A stretch of DNA of 64,000 nucleotides from Armatimonadota bacterium (GTDB taxonomy: Bacteria; Armatimonadota; Fimbriimonadia; Fimbriimonadales; GBS-DC): the NCBI GenBank assembly GCA_037445735.1, contig JBBIJY010000007.1:41701-105700 (forward strand), read 5' to 3'. The notes beneath the pieces are model-generated. The model did no database searches and was not told the origin of the DNA. It worked only from the letters and a program-made list of their open reading frames with translations. Shown one piece after another: positions 61,626 to 64,000 of the stretch; the stretch's first letter is position 1; each line of letters opens with the position of its first letter. The translations under genes and the position numbers were made by a program.

Positions 61626-62468
61626 ATGTGGCGCGGGCGTATCTATTTCGGCGATAACCTGCAGGTGCTGAAAACCCTGCCCTCCGAATCGGTGGACTTA
61701 ATCTATATTGACCCGCCCTTCAACACGGGCAGGGAACAGTGCTACACGGCGTTGCGTACCGTACGCTCCGAAATGGGCGATCGGGTTGGCTTTGGCGGCA
61801 AACGCTATCGCACGCTCATACTCGGCTCGCGGAGTTTTGTGGACATTTTTGATGACTATCTTGCCTTTCTGGAGCCGCGCCTGCTGGAGGCGTATCGCGT
61901 GCTCGCGCCGCACGGCAGCCTCTACTTCCATATTGACTATCGCGAGGTGCATTACTGCAAGGTTCTGCTGGACGCCATCTTCGGGCGGGAGTGTTTCCTG
62001 AACGAGATTATCTGGGCGTATGACTACGGTGGACGCCCCCGCCGCAAATGGCCCCCCAAGCACGATAATATTTTGCTTTATGTGAAAGACCCTGAGCGCT
62101 ACATCTTCAACACCGACGAGATAGACCGTATCCCCTACATGGCGCCGGGGCTGGTGGGCGCGGAGAAGGCGCAGCGGGGCAAGTTGCCGACCGATGTGTG
62201 GTGGCATACGATTGTGCCCACCAATAGCAAGGAGCGTGTCGGCTACCCAACTCAGAAACCGCTGGGCATTTTGCGCCGAATCATCCGCGCCTCCTCGCGC
62301 CCTGGGGATTTGGTTCTGGACTTTTTCGCGGGCAGCGGCACCACGGGCGTCGCCGCGCTGGAACTGGGCAGGCGCTTCATTCTGGTGGACAACAACCCTG
62401 AAGCGATTGAGGTGATGCAGCGCCGCTTTCACGGCTGGGATGGGATTGAGTGGATGGAGGTGGAGTGA
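61626..62468 (+). CDS. Site-specific N4/N6 DNA methyltransferase (beta class)
   Basis: YIDPPFNTG precedes YPTQKP and LDFFAGSGTT. Confidence 0.92.
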   Translation: MWRGRIYFGDNLQVLKTLPSESVDLIYIDPPFNTGREQCYTALRTVRSEMGDRVGFGGKRYRTLILGSRSFVDIFDDYLAFLEPRLLEAYRVLAPHGSLYFHIDYREVHYCKVLLDAIFGRECFLNEIIWAYDYGGRPRRKWPPKHDNILLYVKDPERYIFNTDEIDRIPYMAPGLVGAEKAQRGKLPTDVWWHTIVPTNSKERVGYPTQKPLGILRRIIRASSRPGDLVLDFFAGSGTTGVAALELGRRFILVDNNPEAIEVMQRRFHGWDGIEWMEVE

Positions 62469-62592
62469 AGTCAAGTCAAAAGGGCAAATGGGGACAAAAG
62501 TCCTGTTCGGTTCCGCGCAAAAGTGGTGTATAATAGGCGATGGGGAAGCGACGCCTCCCCATTGGAACACTCTTTGGAAGGGGGTCAAGACG

Positions 62593-63846
62593 ATGCGTAC
62601 AGTGCGATGGAACCGATGGCGCGTCGCGCTCAGTGCGCGACTGAGTGGGGTGTTGCTGATGGGACTGGTGACGCTGGCGGCATTGCCCGCGCAGCGGCTC
62701 TACTGGCTGGGTACGCTGGGAGGCAACGAGAGTGCGGCTTATGGTGTTTCAGCGGATGGGAGTGTGGTCGTAGGGGAAGCTGCATACAACGCCGCTGGTT
62801 TTGTGCATGCCTTCCGCTGGACGCAGACGACGGGGATGCAAGACCTCGGTACGCTGGGCGGCTGGACGAGCGCAGCCTGGGGCGTTTCGTCAGATGGCTT
62901 GGTCGTGGTCGGCTGGGCGATTGACGCGAATTATGCCCAGCGCGCTTTCTACTGGACACAAACTGGAGGGATGCAGGCTCTCGGCACATTTGGAGGTTCC
63001 CTCAGCGCGGCATGGGGCATCTCGGCAGATGGCTTGACTGTGGTTGGCTGGGCATACAACGCGAGCGATCAGCCTCGTGCCTTTCGCTGGACGCCAGGTG
63101 GTGGGATGCAGAACCTCGGCACACTGGGAGGCGATTGGGGTGGAGCTATAGCTGCCTCAGCAAACGGCTTGGTCGTGGTGGGCCGGGCGCGAAACACCAG
63201 TGGTCAGCCTCACGCCTTTCGCTGGACGGAAGCAGGAGGCATGCGAGATCTGGGCACGCTGGGAGGCGATTCGAGCTATGCTTATGGTGTCTCAGCAGGT
63301 GGCTCAGTAGTGGTCGGTATGGCACAAAACGCCAGTGGTGATTGGCGCGCCTTTCGCTGGACAGCAACTGGGGGGATGCAGGATCTCGGCACGCTGGGCG
63401 GCAACTACAGCGAGGCTCGGGATGTTTCGGCGGATGGGCGTGTGGTGGTTGGCTGGACAGACAATGCCAGCGGTCAGCAGCGTGCTTTTCGCTGGACAGT
63501 AAGTGGCGGGATGGAAGACCTGAACCAAACCTATGCCCGCCTGCTTACAGGCGGCTCATTGCTGACAAAAGCCTATGCCATCAGTCCTGATGGGCGCTAT
63601 ATCGTGGGGCAGGGCTATAACGCGGCGACAGGGCGATATGAGGCATTCTTGCTGGATACGAGCTGCATTTCGCATAATGGCGATGTGGATGGCAGTGGCT
63701 GCGTAGATGATATTGACCTGTTAGATGTACTATTTGCATTTGGCTACAGCGGCTTTGACCTGGGGCGCGTGGATGTCAACTGCGATGGTACGGTAGACGA
63801 CTCCGACCTGTTGACCGTGCTTTTCAACTTCGGTAGTGGGTGCTAA
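62593..63846 (+). CDS. Secreted HAF-repeat protein with C-terminal dockerin/EF-hand-like module
   Basis: Signal peptide; tandem DLGTLGG..S.A.GVSADG.VVVG...AFRWT repeats; GDVDGSGCVDD.DLL duplicated tail. Confidence 0.88.
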   Translation: MRTVRWNRWRVALSARLSGVLLMGLVTLAALPAQRLYWLGTLGGNESAAYGVSADGSVVVGEAAYNAAGFVHAFRWTQTTGMQDLGTLGGWTSAAWGVSSDGLVVVGWAIDANYAQRAFYWTQTGGMQALGTFGGSLSAAWGISADGLTVVGWAYNASDQPRAFRWTPGGGMQNLGTLGGDWGGAIAASANGLVVVGRARNTSGQPHAFRWTEAGGMRDLGTLGGDSSYAYGVSAGGSVVVGMAQNASGDWRAFRWTATGGMQDLGTLGGNYSEARDVSADGRVVVGWTDNASGQQRAFRWTVSGGMEDLNQTYARLLTGGSLLTKAYAISPDGRYIVGQGYNAATGRYEAFLLDTSCISHNGDVDGSGCVDDIDLLDVLFAFGYSGFDLGRVDVNCDGTVDDSDLLTVLFNFGSGC

Positions 63847-63888
63847 GAGCGCCCTGACCTTTCAGAACTATCTTCTAACTGGACTCCA

Positions 63889-63921
63889 GCGGGGCACGGG
63901 TAGCCGTGCCCCGTATTTTTT
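63889..63921 (+). terminator. Rho-independent terminator
   Basis: GCGGGGCACGG/CCGTGCCCCGT stem followed by ATTTTTT. Confidence 0.75.
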
Positions 63922-64000
63922 CGGAAAGGCAAAGGGTTATCCCTACCACAGAGCGGGTAAACTTTGTGCAGGGAGAGCCGATGGCAAAAAGCGAGGCGGT

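Noticed and set aside
62700-63520. Tandem DNA repeats suggesting an array or diversity-generating target
   Set aside because: They are explained by coding HAF repeats with synonymous divergence; no reverse transcriptase is nearby.

Overview
A GC-rich bacterial chromosomal segment. A PEP-CTERM protein, a HAF-repeat protein with a C-terminal GDV(D/N) dockerin-like module, a Uma2 gene and an M.TaqI-like methylase suggest a thermophilic Armatimonadota-type organism (inference). It is mostly core genes (lon, dut, apt, dgt, tatD, tal, pth, rpmB, murB, mreD, gdh, tatC, carA, nhaA, fabI, uvrB, parAB, birA), five tRNAs, dispersed flagellar genes (fliC, fliMNOP, flgM) and three histidine kinases. No prophage, IS or CRISPR array was seen. 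The most notable signals are: (1) a cloverleaf palindromic element inserted in frame in birA and fliO; (2) a probably catalytically dead PTS Enzyme I homologue coupled to MoxR-DUF58; (3) an orphan M.TaqI-like methylase between a PhoB-like regulator and its kinase; (4) a non-coding motility layer of sigma28 boxes, a c-di-GMP-I riboswitch before flgM, a sigma54 promoter with a structured leader before a REC-PilZ gene, and candidate sRNAs with exposed anti-Shine-Dalgarno motifs; (5) tRNA-Arg(GCG); (6) a GG-TANNNT -10 motif with many leaderless genes; (7) strong GGCC and ACGT avoidance, mirrored in a variant parS. All calls were made by eye; no database searches were run.
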